Origin: Clostridia bacterium | GTDB taxonomy: Bacteria; Bacillota; Clostridia; Christensenellales; Maliibacteriaceae | Assembly: GCA_017431145.1 (NCBI GenBank) | Contig: JAFRLQ010000053.1 | Location: 59,710-123,709 of the forward strand | DNA length: 64,000 nucleotides | Direction of reading: 5' to 3' | Part shown: piece by piece, positions 63,996 to 64,000 of the stretch | How the letters are laid out: the number at the start of each line of letters is the position of its first letter | Numbering within the stretch: the first letter of the stretch is position 1 | Notes under the pieces: generated by a model | Told to the model about the DNA's origin: nothing | Database searches by the model: none | What the model saw: only the letters and a program-made list of their open reading frames with translations | Program-made: the position numbers and the translations under genes

Positions 63996-64000
63996 CGTCC

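Noticed and set aside
1-64000. CRISPR arrays, tRNA/rRNA genes, retron or DGR-type reverse transcriptases, prophage blocks, and toxin-antitoxin pairs.
   Set aside because: I noticed no repeat-spacer periodicity, no cloverleaf-like or rRNA-like stretches in any intergenic gap (all are 245 nt or shorter), and no RT, integrase, capsid or terminase-like translations. The only mobile DNA I can support is the single IS200/IS605 copy.

Overview
This 64-kb window looks like chromosomal DNA from a high-GC Bacillota (Clostridia-like) organism. The evidence is PolC, RNase Y, an FtsK/SpoIIIE translocase, the YlxR/L7Ae pair and a MurT/GatD-like pair. I support about 57 protein-coding genes, mostly on the minus strand. 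I found no rRNA, tRNA or CRISPR array.

The right-hand third (39.7-64 kb) is conserved housekeeping: polC, then rimP-nusA-ylxR-ylxQ-infB-rbfA-nrnA-truB-ribF, then rpsO, pnp, ftsK, rimO, pgsA, cinA and recA. Many of these genes overlap by a few bases, which suggests translational coupling. The left part is more accessory. It holds a stand-alone LytTR regulator with a coupled membrane protein, NfnAB, a TrkH/TrkA potassium uptake pair next to an N-terminally short KdpD/KdpE, several nitroreductase-type flavoenzymes, a MurT/GatD-like pair with a MOP flippase, a WYL regulator, one IS200/IS605 element (tnpA plus tnpB) and a GH42 beta-galactosidase.

The most unusual content is a five-gene minus-strand unit at 34.1-39.5 kb. 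It encodes a stand-alone STAS protein, a STAS + APH-like kinase + GHKL ATPase triple fusion, a PHP phosphoesterase, a Cof/HAD phosphatase and a MATE transporter with a C-terminal anti-sigma-like ATPase domain. No sigma factor or PP2C phosphatase is in view. I read it as a possible non-canonical partner-switching module attached to an efflux pump.

Other items worth a second look:
- a GatD-like protein that appears to lack both catalytic residues;
- a RibF with an in-frame acidic N-terminal extension of about 230 aa;
- a perfect 12-nt direct repeat at 21-bp spacing in the LytTR promoter;
- a c-di-AMP-type USP motif in the short KdpD;
- an IS element flanked by a 10-nt direct repeat, sitting between a promoter-like -10 box and the RBS of a nitroreductase gene.

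All functional calls come from motif recognition by eye on the supplied translations. No searches were run. The ORF track uses ATG/GTG/TTG starts and takes the most upstream one, so I trimmed several N-termini using RBS context.
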